The position numbers and the translations under genes were made by a program. From Octopus sinensis (Eukaryota), in NCBI RefSeq assembly GCF_006345805.1, contig NC_043006.1, positions 4,774,001 to 4,838,000 on the forward strand: a stretch of 64,000 nt of DNA, in the 5' to 3' direction. The notes under the pieces were generated by a model. It was not told the DNA's origin. It was given only the letters and a program-made list of their open reading frames with translations, and did no database searches. Every line of letters begins with the position of its first letter. The stretch's first letter is position 1. Of the stretch, positions 38,348 through 52,751 are shown piece by piece.

Positions 38348-38745
38348 AAGACGGTGAGCTGGCAGAAACGTCAGCACGCCGGGCGAAATGCTTAGCCGTA
38401 TTTCGTCTGTCTTTACGTTCAGAGTTCAAATTCTGCCGAGGTCGACTTTTCCTTTCATCTTTTCGAAGTCAATAAAATAAGTACCAGTTACGCACTGGGG
38501 TCGATATAAACGACTTAATCCGTTTGTCTGTCCTTGTTTGTCCCCTCTGTGTTTAGCCTCTTGTGGGTAATAAAGAAATAGGTATTTCGTCTGCCATTAC
38601 GTTCTGAATTCAAATTCCGCCGAGGTTGACTTTGCCTTTCATCTTTTTGGGGTCGATAAAATAAGTACCAGCGAAACACTGGGGTCGATGTGATCGACTA
38701 GTCTCCTCCCCACAAATTTGAGGCCTTGTGCCTAAAGTAGAAAGC
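38348..38745 (+). mobile_element. SINE family B dimer (tail ii then tail i) with a 15-bp TSD
   Basis: Junction AAAGAAATAG|GTATTTCG at 38581/38582; ATTATAAGTCAC(C/T)GT at 38333-38347 and 38746-38760. Confidence 0.9.
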
Positions 38746-40110
38746 ATTATAAGTCACTGTCTTTAAATATTCCTTGATGAGCGCGTGAACAACTGGAGAA
38801 ACTAATCGAGTTGTTCGTTTATACGTTCTGCATAGATAAGCCTGTATTTTAAGGGCAGAATCATTTTTGCACAAAAAAGCTTTATTTATAATTATTAAGT
38901 GCTTTAGATATTAATACGAGTTACCAATGGGGTGATATACACATTGACAATACCAGTGCTTGTTGGTCATTGTATTTTCCTCCATTTCTGGCCTTAACGT
39001 TTGTTATCTTTTTCTAGAAGATATTGCAAGTAAGAAGAATCAACTGTATTAACAAAACAATATCCACGATACGAAAAGAACTGACTTCGTTACGTAATTT
39101 TTTAATGATCAATGTGTTTATTTACTGGATATGAAAAGATTACCAGAATATGAGGCTCACAGTTCGTCAAATAAATTATCAATCTGCTTTTGTTTTTTTG
39201 ACATTTAATACAAATTGCTGAAAGTCAGTGAATAGACGAAGAACCAGCAGCTGCAGTGGAACGCAATTCCATGTGAACGGTGTTGAATGTAGCGGTGCAA
39301 AAGGAAAATATTTACTTTTTCACATTTCGGAAACAGGAAATTATTTTGGCAGAGATGTCATAATACACCGCTTCACACATGGGGAAGCCATAATAAGTCG
39401 CTTGTTTTATTTTTCTTATTTATTTTGAAGATAGTGGCGGAAAGAGAAATTGGTCTGTAAAAGCCATGCTATTAGCATGTCAAGTCTTGGTGTGTTCAGA
39501 ATGAGTTATCATTAAGATTTAGCTATTATTGCTCTCCTGGGGAACCAGCTGCAAATTTGGGTAAACATATATTTTCGGAAAATCATCAGTTGATATTGAA
39601 ATGCAAAAGCACCTGATATTGCAGCTGAGTTGCTAAGAATATAAACCTGTGAAAACCTGTCTCGGATACAGTGATGCCGTTTTGCAATAAATTATATTCT
39701 CCAATATTTCCTGTAATTTGATGTAACTTTGTAATCATTTAAACACGTTCTTTATTTTATTTGCAATAAAATTATTTTCGCATTGATTTTAAAGCACAAA
39801 AAAAAAAAAAAAATTCCGAATAAATATCTACAAAGCAATTTTACCACCTGAAACGTTTGTCGCAAGTCGTTAATTGGACTGAATTACATACGTGGAATTA
39901 TTTATAAAAATCTACAATTTATTATAGTGTTCAATTGGAGCGACTAGATAAGGTTTCTGTGTAAACACTTAATCTATAGAAAATAAGTGTTTAAGCAGAA
40001 GCCTAATCTATTTAGCTTCATCATACATGCAGTAACACACACTCACACACACGCACGCACACACACACACCACACACACACACACACACACACTTACACA
40101 AACACACACA

Positions 40111-40148
<38 letters not shown>

Positions 40149-40428
40149 AACACAAGCACATACGCGTACACACACACTTACAGTATACCTAGCAGTGTGT
40201 GACATTTTGCAGATATAACATATTAGAATCAATCAAATACTAAAATAAAGGGATTTTCTCATTTGATTTAAAAATAGGTTTTATTTAATAATACAGCCAT
40301 GGCGTCGGTAACTACAGCTAGATAACCTTACTATAGTTAAAGGGGAGGTAATCTCCATACTACGGCATCACAATAATTTTCGGATTAATGTTATTTATAA
40401 ATAAAGTTAAATACAAATTATTATACAT

Positions 40429-41029
40429 AATTCTTTACTAACCACAAGGGGCTAAACACAGAGAGGACAAACAAGGATAGATAAACGGATTAAGTCGATT
40501 ATATTGACCCCAGTGCGTAATTGGTACTTATTTAATCAACCCCCGAAAGGATGAAAGGCAAAGTCGACCTCGGCGGAATTTGAACTCAGAACGTAGCGGC
40601 AGACGAAATACCTATTTCTTTACTACCCACAAGGGACTAAACACAGAAGGGACAAACAAGGACAGACAAAGGGATCAAGTCGATTACATCGACCCCAGTG
40701 TGTAACTGGTACTTATTTAATCGACCCTGAAAGGATGAAAGGCAAAGTCGACCTCGGCGGAATTTGAACTCAGAATGTAGCGGCAGACGAAATACCTATT
40801 TCTTTACTACCCACAAGAGGCTAAACACAGAGGGAACAAACAAGGACCGACAAACGGATTAAGTCGATTACATCGACCCCAGTGCGTAACTGGTACTTAA
40901 TTTATCGACCCCGAAAGGATGAAAGGCAAAGTCGACCTCGGCGGAATTTGAACTCAGAACGTAACTGCAGACGAAATACAGTTACGCATTTCGCCCGGCG
41001 TGCTAAGGATTCTGCCAGCTCGCCGCCTT
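40429..41029 (-). mobile_element. SINE family B trimer with a 17-bp TSD
   Basis: Junctions at 40611/40612 and 40795/40796 (184-bp period); TACAAATTATTATACAT at 40412-40428 and 41030-41046. Confidence 0.93.
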
Positions 41030-41169
41030 TACAAATTATTATACATTCAGAGCTGGTTTTAAACTTCAATAAAATTAGTTTCTCTTACCTTGCTTTTTAC
41101 TTTACTTGAATCCTAAATTTTATAAAATGGGAATACCCTAAATGAAAAAAAAAAGATCTTATTATATTT

Positions 41170-41950
41170 CCTGATGATTACTTATTGGGATTTCTTTCTA
41201 ATTTGCTGCTGGTGTATTTGCAGGCCCTCTGATAATGAATTTCCAGTCTGGCTAATATTTCTTCATAATTCGGATATTTGATACGGTAAATTACATTTCT
41301 GTTTTTGCAGTTCGTATTTGCATTTGTAAATATTTTTCTTCCGGTCTTTGTGTTGATGCAATGACGAACATGTAAAAACCGACATGCATCACAACGATTA
41401 CTACTTGCGCAATTGGATACTATGAAGTTTTTGTCGTTGCTCTTTAGCTTATGCTTTACCTTTGTCAACAATAGTTTCAAGTTCTTCGGTTGTTGTTTGC
41501 TTTGGATAAACATTCTCTTAGAAATTAAATACTTTGATAAGTTGTTTGATAAGCGAGAAGTTTTCTTTAGCAACGTTAATATATTCTGATTACGTGGGTT
41601 ATGTGTCACAACAGAAACTACTATCCTGGCTTTGTGTAACTCTTCCTCGGTTGCCCGAATTTGTGCTATAGATATTTGTTTTGCATATTTTATACTATTT
41701 TCTATAAGTAGGGTGGTAACTTTTATTTTCGTAAAAATTCTTTGAGTTCTGTGAGTCGATCTTCTCTGATGATACATATTTCTGGCTAGGCAATAGGGAC
41801 TGTTACGTTTTGTAGGTACGAAATGGTACTTCAAGGAACCACATCTAAAATTCAAAAAGTCACATCAGTGCACTCTTTCACTTCCTTTCTCTCTACATCT
41901 TTGCAGTCCTAATATATCTGTTCTGCTTGATGGAAATCCATGCTTATGAT
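41170..41950 (-). mobile_element. Penelope-like element relic (RT C-terminus + GIY-YIG endonuclease start)
   Basis: ORF 41178-41855: PYCLARNM.., THNPRN, Cys-rich linker NCASSNRCDAC, then NTNCKNRNVIYRIKYPNYEE (C.T.NVIY.I.C..C..YIG pattern, degenerate). Confidence 0.75.
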
Positions 41951-42109
41951 GTTTGGCTCAAAGCTGAAGCGGATTCAATGGTTTAAAACAATTTTAATAG
42001 CATGACTAAAAGAACCTAAAAACAGTTCGGAGTTTGAGATATAGAAGCATCCGAAAAAGTTGTATGACCAGCGGGCAGAATATTTCAACATCTGGAAGCA
42101 TGCCTCTTA

Positions 42110-42154
<45 letters not shown>

Positions 42155-42339
42155 CCTCTCTCTGTAGATGGTGCCAATTGAATATTCGAAGATCTTGAAA
42201 TGAACTTGGCATTATCAGGACCACGGCATGTTGGTTTTTACTCGTGGTTCTTTGATTCCTTATACATGGATGATGAAATCTGATTATATAACAATACTGT
42301 TGCAAGGAGACCACGTTGACATTTTCTAAAGGGTTGTAA

Positions 42340-42960
42340 GTTTTACCCCCGTGAAGCTCGTACTCGCTGTGAAGCTGTTACTGGACTGAAGTAAACAATA
42401 AACACTTTGGCCGTTGTCGATATGGACAAGTTCTTGCATGCTAGGACAAAAACAAACGAAAACCCAAAAAGAGTGGTCACAAAACCGCATTTCTGCTGAT
42501 ATATTGTCCCTGCTGGAATTGGGTGACATTGTCACAGCATGTTTTTACTTTATCCTATGAAACACTGCCATCTCAGATCATTTATTTCCATATTAAGAGA
42601 CATATTGAATTGCAGAAATCATCAAATGTTTTGGTCAAGAGTATGCAATATGAAATTGCCCATCTAACATCAATTTCGCAGTGTCATACCAAAGTTTGCA
42701 GGTCTCCATCTACTGATACCCTTCTTTTGTTAGTGGAATAGCCATCTTCAGTTTTAGTTTTCATGACAAACAGTCTTGGAAACTGTTTGATGCACTTGTC
42801 TAATATGCAAAATAAATTCTTGTTCATGACGCCACAGAGACCATGAACTAGATGGGAGTTTGGGCTTTAACGATATTTGAAAGACATTCCGTTTCTGCTA
42901 ATGTCGGAATACACTGCTGATTTGATGGAATCATTTTGGTTTCCATAGGACAAGCCCCTT
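42340..42960 (-). mobile_element. Decayed mariner-like transposase relic
   Basis: Broken minus-strand remnants resembling SGRP (SRWRPANF) and GKVK...WVPH regions; many stops. Confidence 0.35.
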
Positions 42961-45351
42961 TTTTTGTTATTCTGTGGTATAAACGTGGTATCTGGCCGGT
43001 TCGAACAATTAGCATTTAGTAAAAGAATCCATCAGTTTTTTTTAGTGAAAAACCCATTTCGTCAGATCATATTTTTGAATAAGTATTTTCCACATGAAGT
43101 TAATGAAAGTAAAGAAAAGTTGACCGAAACCGCGAAACTATGCCATTCTTTCCAGTGTTTCTTCGCTCATGTATTAAGGGCTGCCAGTAAAACGCGAAGG
43201 AAGAATATGAATACACATTATTTTGATATTTTCATAATTTAAATTTTCTGCATTAAACTGATAAATATCACTTTCAATTATTCATGAAATTTGGCAACGT
43301 TTTGTGCACGAATTACTAATTAACTTTTACAATAGGTGTACACCTTTAATGTAAAACGGCAAAATAGAAAACATATGTTGCATACAAAGATGGTGGTGCC
43401 TTGGCAGAATTGCGAAAGTCAGTACAAATTGCGTGCCAGGATGTGTCGTTGATTGATAAGTTGAAATTCTTCAACATTTTGTTTATATATATATATATAT
43501 GTTCATAAATTTTTACATATACATACATATACTTACAGACATGTATATATGGCACACACACACATGTTTTGGGAGCTGTGTATCTATTATTCTAAGTCTT
43601 GTGCTTTCTATGCGCCAAAAATGGTTGTTATTAAAAAAAGAGAAAACTCCAATTACTTTGCATCCAAATTTCTGAAAATTTCGAAATTTCGTCTCCCCAA
43701 AATTTCCCCTTATTTTTTTTTTACATAAATTCTTTGAAAAGCTAAATCATCAACTTCATCAACATTTGTATTAAATCAAATAGATTTCGAAGAAAAATTC
43801 ACTGGTTTTAATTTTGTGTGAATGTATATTTATTCACCAAAAAAATTATAAGCTCTTTGCTAAGAATACTTAGTTAAATTCTATTATAGAAAGTAAACAG
43901 TCGTGTATAATAGATATTATTTTCTTTTTCAGTTTTTAGTTTATAATCTCTCAGTTCATCTCAACAAGTTTTATTTAAATTTCGAAGATAGTTTACGAAA
44001 TGGTAGTGAGTGAGGCACGGTTCATAGTCATTACTTAGGTCTACAATAAATATCTATTGTATTTCTCTTCCTTCAAAAAAATCACTTCAACATTAAATAG
44101 AATAATTAAATATGATACTTTTATGGTGCTTGTAACCTGGCTCGCGCCATGTGTAACACGCGCGCACACGTGTGCAGATATCCTATACACCTTATGTGGA
44201 GGATATTTGCACACATTCACACACATAAACACATCATATCAAATTTGTATATTTAATGAAAGAAAGAAAACTATTTCGTTATTCATTCAGTTGAGGATTT
44301 ACGATGTTAACACAGATAAGTCCCGAAATAGTAACTCGTTTGGCCAACTAGCTTAGCTCCATGAATCTGCTTATCTCGGTTGTATGTACGTATGTATATG
44401 CACGAGTGTTCATAGAAGACAAACAGTGGCTTTAATGAACGCTTCGAATCATTAATATCTTTAAAATGCATAAAATTGCCATCTGACAGTTCGAGAAGAG
44501 ATTGAAAATTGAAAATATGAGGATATAAAAATATACACATCGGCAAGCGCCATTTTTAATTGCTTTCAGCCGGAAGTGTTTTGTATAGCTTACAGCTAAG
44601 TCAAAGTTGGTTTAAAGAATTGCAGACGTTAAGTTAAAATGACAGTTTGGTTGTGGTGGAAGCCAGCAGGTGCCCTTAGGGTACCGCTTGTTCTTGAAAT
44701 CATTGTAGCGCATCTCAAAAGAAAGTAAAGGCAGTAGAGAAATATGCATACATATATAGGGTATTTATATTTAAGTATGCACAACAAATAAGTTGATGTA
44801 TGGAAAATGATAAAGTTTGCAAGTGAACAGAACGGGAGATACAATCATAATGATATATGGTTCACAATAAGTACAAAGTCAAAGAAAGAAAAATGTCTGA
44901 GAAAACGTGGAATAAAAAAAAATGGAGCTATTCACAGGATGTATGCTTCCTTAGCTGTTTCGCATTGCATCATAGGTGAATAAGATGGAGTGGAGAGTGT
45001 TCTGTGAACTAGCCAATTGCCAGCAGGAGGCAGTCCGTTTCTAATATGGCTGTTTCAGTGTAGCGGAAGTTCACACGTATGCTCTGCCGAGTCCTCTCGA
45101 CCAACCGCTGATGCGTTCTGCCAGCTGATTCATTATGGCTGAGGTCAACTTTTCATCGCCATTCCATTACAGTTTTTATGGCTTTTGATTTGTTACCAAA
45201 CTATCGTTATTACGGTCACACGTACGCATAGCATCGGAGATGAACCGACAGAGCCAACTACTTATCTCCACACAGACATACATAGGAACAGGTGCACGAG
45301 CTTGAAAGTAAAATTGCAAACATTTATCTGTCTTCTTTACACACAAAACAT

Positions 45352-45354
<3 letters not shown>

Positions 45355-45429
<75 letters not shown>

Positions 45430-45458
45430 GCACGTACGCACGCACACACACACACACA
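45355..45458. repeat. (AC)n microsatellite
   Basis: Direct reading. Confidence 0.95.
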
Positions 45459-46278
45459 TGGATGTATACATATACACATATATACATAAATACATTGAGA
45501 AACGGTTTACTACAGTTGTGTGTAAAAGCAACAGCTACACTTTATTTCATGCTATTATAATTAATGTAGACATTTATATGAATTATATGGATTTGCGGTT
45601 TTTTTATGTTGTTTATGGAGGTTTCTATTCACACACCTCTCATATACAGAGAGAGAGAGCGAGAGAAAGCGGGGGAGGGAGAAAGAGTAAATGAGAAGAG
45701 AAACAGACACACACACAGACATATATACCGACATACACAGCACAATCAAAAGCACAAACATTTATTAAGGATTTTTACAAATTTATGCTTTAATATTACT
45801 TATAGCATATTTATTTACTCATATTCATTTACCGTATTCTTAAAATACGCATAATTAGATATTAAGATTTGAATATTAACTGTAATGTTTAATATATTAA
45901 CTTTATCCGTAGTGTTTATATACTAATGAACTTGGATTTAATTAATTAAGATTTTAATGAATTAGGATTTTAAAGAATTAGGATTCTATAAAAAAAAGCA
46001 CAAATACACCAGGAATTGTCCTAAATTGCTTGATAGAGCTCCCACTGTTTCCTACTGGTCTAACAGATACAGCCATCATTTATATCAATCAAATAAAAAG
46101 CAACCACCCGTCAACAAGTCATGAAGTTCTCATCCAACAACGGAAATCTCTAACTGCCACATACCCCTTAAATTACATCTTCTTATTTTAAAGAAGGGAG
46201 CAGACATTGGATAGCATAGTCCTAAATATTTCTGAAACAATTTTGAAATGGTCACGGTTCGAATGGAATATCTCCAGC

Positions 46279-46365
<87 letters not shown>

Positions 46366-47832
46366 ATATATATGTATGTATATAAATTTATAAATAAGGG
46401 TATTATCGATATTTAAATATCGATCTTATCAAGTAGCCAGCATGCGAATAAATACCATACAAAGGTAATAATTTATAGTTTTATATACGTATATATATAT
46501 AATCGAACGCAGATACCAAGTACATGTGATTTCGTTTGTTCGCCGGTAGGCTTCCGCATAGCACGGTGGAAATGCTCCCTCAATGTGCTAGGTGTTAAAG
46601 TGTCTGAAAGTCACAGACAGGTGAAACAACTCGCCTTAAGTCCCGTTAAGGAGCGGTGTTTCTCCATTTGTAGTGGCTTATCAGCATCATGTACCTGAAC
46701 CGAATTGGAGGTAAACAGATCTCCAGCCCATGACTATATACAAAGAGTGTAACAAACCATATGTTGGTATGCTCCGAAGATGCGTACATAAGAATAAATT
46801 GAAATACGAATTAGAAGTGACACTAGCGATGTAAATATTATGGAACACACATAGCCAATGCACGTGCTTTGTTTGTTTTTGAAAAGCAATCATCTTAAAT
46901 CAAGAATTATTAATTATATAAAAAATATTTTAAGAAACGGATTAGTAGATTATCACAGACTTGATGCTACAAAAGTTTTGTGTAAGCTTTCATTGATATC
47001 AGCTTTTCAAATACACAAGACGTAAGTTAATCGCTGTATGTTCGTTGTGTAAATGTATAAATAATGTGTATATATATATATATTATATATATATATATAT
47101 ATAATATATATATATATATTTAATAGAAATATGTTTTAAAAGAGAAAATAGAAACTACACGTGGAAAAGATATGGGGTAAGTAAGAATAAAAAAGCGAAA
47201 ATGCACATTGAATATCAAAACAAATAAAGGCTTTTTTAATGAAAAGTAGCGATTCGAAGAACCACTCTTCACAAAGACCAAATCCGCCACCTACAATGCA
47301 GACAGATACAGGTCAGTGAACACATAGATAGGCGTGCAAGGAACCTTAATCCTAATTTCCTAATTTTCCCCTTCTATCAATGTTCGCAGAACACCGCAGT
47401 ACAGCAAAGAATGAATAAAAAAGCAACTTTCATCAATAAATATCATCCACAGCATAATACAGAATACAACATAATGCAGAACACTACTAACCTTACCAAT
47501 AATACCACTAATACCCATACATTCCTTATACCATTCATATTACAGTATTATATCGATCCTAATTGCATCACGTCCAGACCTACTTACCTCCCTTACACAA
47601 TCTTTTTACTCAGGGACCAGTAAACCCGACACAGTTTGATAATCGGTGCGTATTCAAAGCCAGTGAACAGCGATGACGATACCGGTTTGACATCGAATCT
47701 CTTTAACAATTCAAAATAATGAATTTAATTCCTCTTAATTCTACCTCAGTTCATCTAATTGTATTTATTAATCGCTACTTTTCATAAAAATCGCCTTTAT
47801 TTTTTGATATTCAATATCTTTTTACTTTCCCC

Positions 47833-48285
<453 letters not shown>

Positions 48286-48402
48286 GGGCTGGAGTATTTC
48301 TATTTTGGATTTATTTGGGGGGGTACTTAGTTGTGCTCATGACTTAGTGTTTGGTTCTTCCATGGGTATGAGTAAGTATCTCATTTACTTCTTTGCCACA
48401 TG

Positions 48403-48461
48403 TATCACTGACGAAGGGAGGGTTCTTTTCGAACTAACCCTGAAATCGGTCCGATATGGTA
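48403..48461 (+). ncRNA. Minimal type I hammerhead ribozyme candidate, canonical core
   Basis: TATCA|CTGACGA|AGGG-AGG-GTTC-TTTTC-GAAC-TAA-CCCT|GAAA|TCG-GTC-CGAT|A|TGGTA: all conserved core bases present, 5-bp helix I, AUA triplet, predicted cut after 48456. Confidence 0.65.
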
Positions 48462-50269
48462 ATAATGGAATTTTTTAGAGATTTCTGTCGACCTTTTTCG
48501 GGTAGCGTGCGTACTGGGAAAAACATTATATGGTAAATGAACATTATGTCCAAGTTTCGGCATATTTTGACATTAGAATTTTTTTCGTTTGCCCTTATTT
48601 ATAAGTTGTATATATATATATATATATAATGTGTGTGTGTGTGTATACATACGCACAAACACACACAAATGAGTGAACAACGAGAGATGGAGAGGGAGAG
48701 AAAAGATGTGATGTAGGTTGTGAGAGTGGAAGACTGACAGAGGTGTGGTTTGCTTGAAAGGGAGTGAGAGGAAGAGATGGTAGTGTACTCTGAGTTAATA
48801 ATTTCACTTTTCAAAAACGGCCATCCATATATTTTCATAATGTGAGGAGAACAAGAGAAAATAAAGAATGGAAAAAAAAAAAACAAATGATAGAAAAGAA
48901 AAGAGGCACTGCGATTAGGCAAAGAGGAAGAAGAAAGAAACACAGCAATAACAACAACGACAGCAATAAGAGCAGAAGGTGACAAAAGCATGGTAGCAGT
49001 AGTGTTAATGTAGCTGCTGGTGATGCTGTGGGATTTAGAGGCGTGACTGCGACTGTGATCAAAGGTTAAGCTGATGTCTTCCAAATGGGAAAGTGGGCCT
49101 TAGGGGATTTTGCATTCAAGTAAACAACATTCAGCCATTATTAATCAGGAGAAAAATAAATATGCCAATGAACATAATGGAATGTATGATGATGTCCGAA
49201 TTAAAGTAATGTGTTAAAATTAGAATTAGAACTAGAATGATGTGTTAAAGAGGACGGACGAGTTGTTTTCCACAAATAATCATTGTAGTAATGAAGTTAT
49301 CAAATGAATGTTTCAAAATCACATTTATGCACACTCAAAGCACTCTCTCACCCTCACGCTTGAAATGCAGGCGTACATATACATAAAAACAAAAGCACTC
49401 ATACACTCATTGTTTATACATACACACGTGTGTCTTTATGGATACAACAAATCTAGCCTTTTTAACTTTGTGTTGAGCATATTCTTATTTCTATTAACAA
49501 TATTACCCTCCACGCACGCACACATATTGAGTACATAGGGATAAAGTATCCAGGCAGGTATCATGCTGACACTCACTTATCATCCGGGTTCTGTTTAACT
49601 GCATCGAGTTGTTAGGAGCACCTAAAAAACACTTAAAGTAAGCAGTCTTACTGTAATTCATCCGATGAGTAAATTTCGGGATCACTTCGCTGGATTACAA
49701 ATGTTTTACTGCGTATCAAAGACAATTGCGATGAATACGGAGCTTAGTATGCCTGCATAATTTTTTTATAATTCTACAGTCAATTACATACCATATGTAG
49801 ATGCACAAATCTCCGTATTCATTGAATTTGTCTTGTGTACAGGAAAGAAAATGACCTTATAAAAAATGGCCATTAACTATAAAAACTTACGGACCCATGT
49901 TCTCATTGAATTGGTATTACTTCCACTTCTTAACATCAGTCATAGGTTAGTCACCGTTAGTCTTTTTCAGTTTCCATTTATTTTCTTTTTACATCATTGT
50001 CATCATTCCATTTATTTCTGTTTCTCTGAGAAGATTCACAGAATAATTTTTGTTTCTCTTTGAGCATATTTTCCGAAAATTTATACTGAAATATTTTTGA
50101 GTTTAATTAAAAAGGCATAACTTTGAAGAAATTGTTGAAAAAATTTGCCTGACCTGAATTCAAAAATACATAAATTTTAAGAAATTGTTACTGCGAATTT
50201 CAGTACCTACACAGATCGTTTTGAAGCCACCCTAAGCATCAAAGTTTGGTGACGGACCCTAAGTTCGTT

Positions 50270-51050
50270 TCAAAATGTTTGTTTTTCTAGCCCTTGTTCT
50301 TAGTAATTTTTTTCATATAATTAGGTCAGTAGACGAACAGCTTCAGAGTTACAGTTGTGATATACACCATGGCCTTGAGCTTCTTAAGCTTGCCAAAAGT
50401 GAAATAACCAAACTAAGAGACTTTTTAATATTTGATGAGATTCTGAAACAAATGAGTCTATTTAATGTTGTTGATAAACGCATGCATCAAATAGCTTTTC
50501 GGATCCCAACGTTTTCCAGAATATGTTGTTGAAACCCTGGTGCCATCACAAGATGATTGGATAATCTTACGCCGCAAAATTTCGCCATCATCGATGAAAG
50601 CTTGGGAGAGCTAGATAATAGGTTTTCGAGTTAAAACGACAGCATATATTCTTCCTTGGCAAGTCCACTACCAATCTCCGAGGCATTTTTGGATCTTGAT
50701 ACTTTAAAACCTTTGAGCAATTTAGTTAATTGCGATAAATCGGCCTTGAATTATGACTCCCTTTCGACAAAACATGAAGCACCCGCGAAAATTAAAACTC
50801 ATGATACTTGCATCTCTTAGTAAATACAAATCGCTTACAAACAAGGTTAATTCTTAAAAATCTTTTCCATTGCGTTGCCGTAGATTGCAGTTGTACTAAA
50901 TAAATGTAACCTGATTTTATTGTCCGTGTTGTGAATTTTCTTGACAAACGTAATCAAATTTTATAAACAGTAAGGTTTTTAGAGTTCTGTCCAGCCCCCA
51001 AGCTATCAAGATAGCCCCCACTCAGTTCCAATCGGCTGGCGACGTGCCTG
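50270..51050 (+). mobile_element. hAT-superfamily transposase relic with a probable right TIR
   Basis: FVFLALVL..FHII..V.EQLQS..CDI..GLELL..AK.EI.KLR then FAIIDESLGELDNRFS (hAT/ZMYM1-type C-terminal pattern); ends CTGGCGACGTGCCTG at 51036-51050. No left TIR seen. Confidence 0.65.
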
Positions 51051-51273
51051 TGTCTATGGAAAGATCTATCCAAATGTATAAAAATGTATCCAAGTGTACG
51101 CATGCGCTAAAACCAGAATAAATTAAAAGTAAAACTTACGCAGACATATAATCACGCAGGAAAAGCAGAGATACATGCGTGGACGCGCACACGTAAATAT
51201 ATATATGCACCTCTACAAAAAATATTCTTAGACACAACTACACACACACAAAGAAGAGCTAGGGAATGTGTTC

Positions 51274-51314
<41 letters not shown>

Positions 51315-51440
51315 AATGAACACATTCCCTATATACACACATATATATATAGTTCAGATTAACAGAAAACAAAAGACGAAGACAGGTGTAAGAACAAAAA
51401 GCAAGTGTATTAGTTTAGCACTCGGGAAGAATGGAAAAGT

Positions 51441-51476
51441 CTTTTACGTTTCGAGCCTATGCTCTTAGACAGAAAG
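51441..51476 (-). ncRNA. Degenerate hammerhead-like motif in a Penelope-type remnant
   Basis: CTTT|CTGTCTA|A|GAGC-ATAG-GCTC|GAAA|CGT|A|AAAG: helices intact, core A6 and G8 mutated. Confidence 0.35.
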
Positions 51477-51754
51477 GACTGAGAGAGAGAGAGAGAAAAA
51501 AAAAAAAGTGGGGAGAGCAAAAATTTTTTGTAGGCATTAACGGTTTAACATGACGAAATATATATATATATAAATGAATGAATAATATGAGAATGGAGAT
51601 ATTGAAGTTAAGAGTTTATTATCAGTAAAGCTGTTACAGTTAAGCTTAGTGAATTTAAATAACCATTAAAATCATATTTCTGAGCTTAGTCTCTTCAGAG
51701 TGAGAAAGAATATATCCTTAGATATTCTGTGTGTTAGTTTTTGAATCCTCAAGG

Positions 51755-51908
51755 CAAAGTGTTTACGTCCCTGTAACTTAGCGGTTCGGCAAAAAGAAAC
51801 GACACAATAAGTACTAGGCTTACAAAGAAAATGTCCTGCGGTCGATTTCTTCGACTAAATGCGGTGCTCCAACATGGCTGCAGTCAAATGACTGAAACAA
51901 GTAAAAGA
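51755..51908 (+). mobile_element. SINE family A, 3' half
   Basis: GTGTTTACGTCCCTGTAACTTAGCGGTTCGGC...GGCTGCAGTCAAATGACTGAAACAAGTAAAAG. Confidence 0.85.
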
Positions 51909-52013
51909 ATATATAGAGATATGCATAACACACACGCACACACATATATTTATATACATATATATACATATGTATATATATATATATATATAATATATAT
52001 ATATATATAATAT

Positions 52014-52044
<31 letters not shown>

Positions 52045-52337
52045 GTATGTATGTAAGTATGAATGTATACACTCACACACACACACATATATATATACAT
52101 ACATGTATATATATACAATGATAAATCTCAGAGCGAGTTATAAACAGTAGCGGTAACACATCGTGACGCATATTTGCCATTTGAATCTGGCTAACCCATA
52201 AGGGGGATGCTACTGTAGTTTGTAGCCCCAGGAAGATATCTCCTCCAGATATATATGTGTATATATACATATGTATATATATACATTTATAGATATATGT
52301 GTATATATGTATATATACGTATACATATATGTACATG

Positions 52338-52385
<48 letters not shown>

Positions 52386-52410
52386 TGTGTAGAGAGAGAG
52401 ATAGAGAGAG

Positions 52411-52696
52411 AGACGCAGTGGCCCAGTGGTTAGGGCAGCGGACTCGCGGTTGTAGGATCACGGTTTCGATTCTCAGCCCGGGCGTTGTGAGTGTTTATTG
52501 AACGAAAACACCTAAAGCTCTACGAGGCACCGGCAATGGTTGGTGGCGAAGCCTGCTGTACTCTTTTGCCACAACTCTCTCATTCTTTCTTCTGTTGGCC
52601 TGCTCGCTTAGCCAAGCGGGGTGACGTCATTTGAAGGGTATAACAAAGCGAAGCGATGTGTGTAGCAACATCTGATAGTCTGGTCGGTCACGGTGA
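52411..52696 (+). mobile_element. SINE family C (tail type 1)
   Basis: Head GACGCAGTGGCCCAGTGGTTAGGGCAGCGGACTCGCGG; tail ...CATCTGATAGTCTGGTCGGTCACGGTGAT, as in 9241-9548. Confidence 0.85.
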
Positions 52697-52751
52697 TATA
52701 TATATATATATATATATATAAACGTATAGATTTATATGTATATATACATAT

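Noticed and set aside
40429-41029. Tandem 184-bp units as a CRISPR-like array, or as a back-splice product
   Set aside because: There are no unique spacers and the units are SINE bodies; the junction lacks matching AG/GT splice signals in the monomer on either strand.
44630-44712. Minus-strand mini-ORF MRYNDFKNKRYPKGTCWLPPQPNC after a pyrimidine tract
   Set aside because: The acceptor would be GAG, the ORF is 33 codons, and there is no supporting homology.
47670-47700. Partial hammerhead-like ACCGGT segment
   Set aside because: Core and helix I cannot be assembled on either strand.
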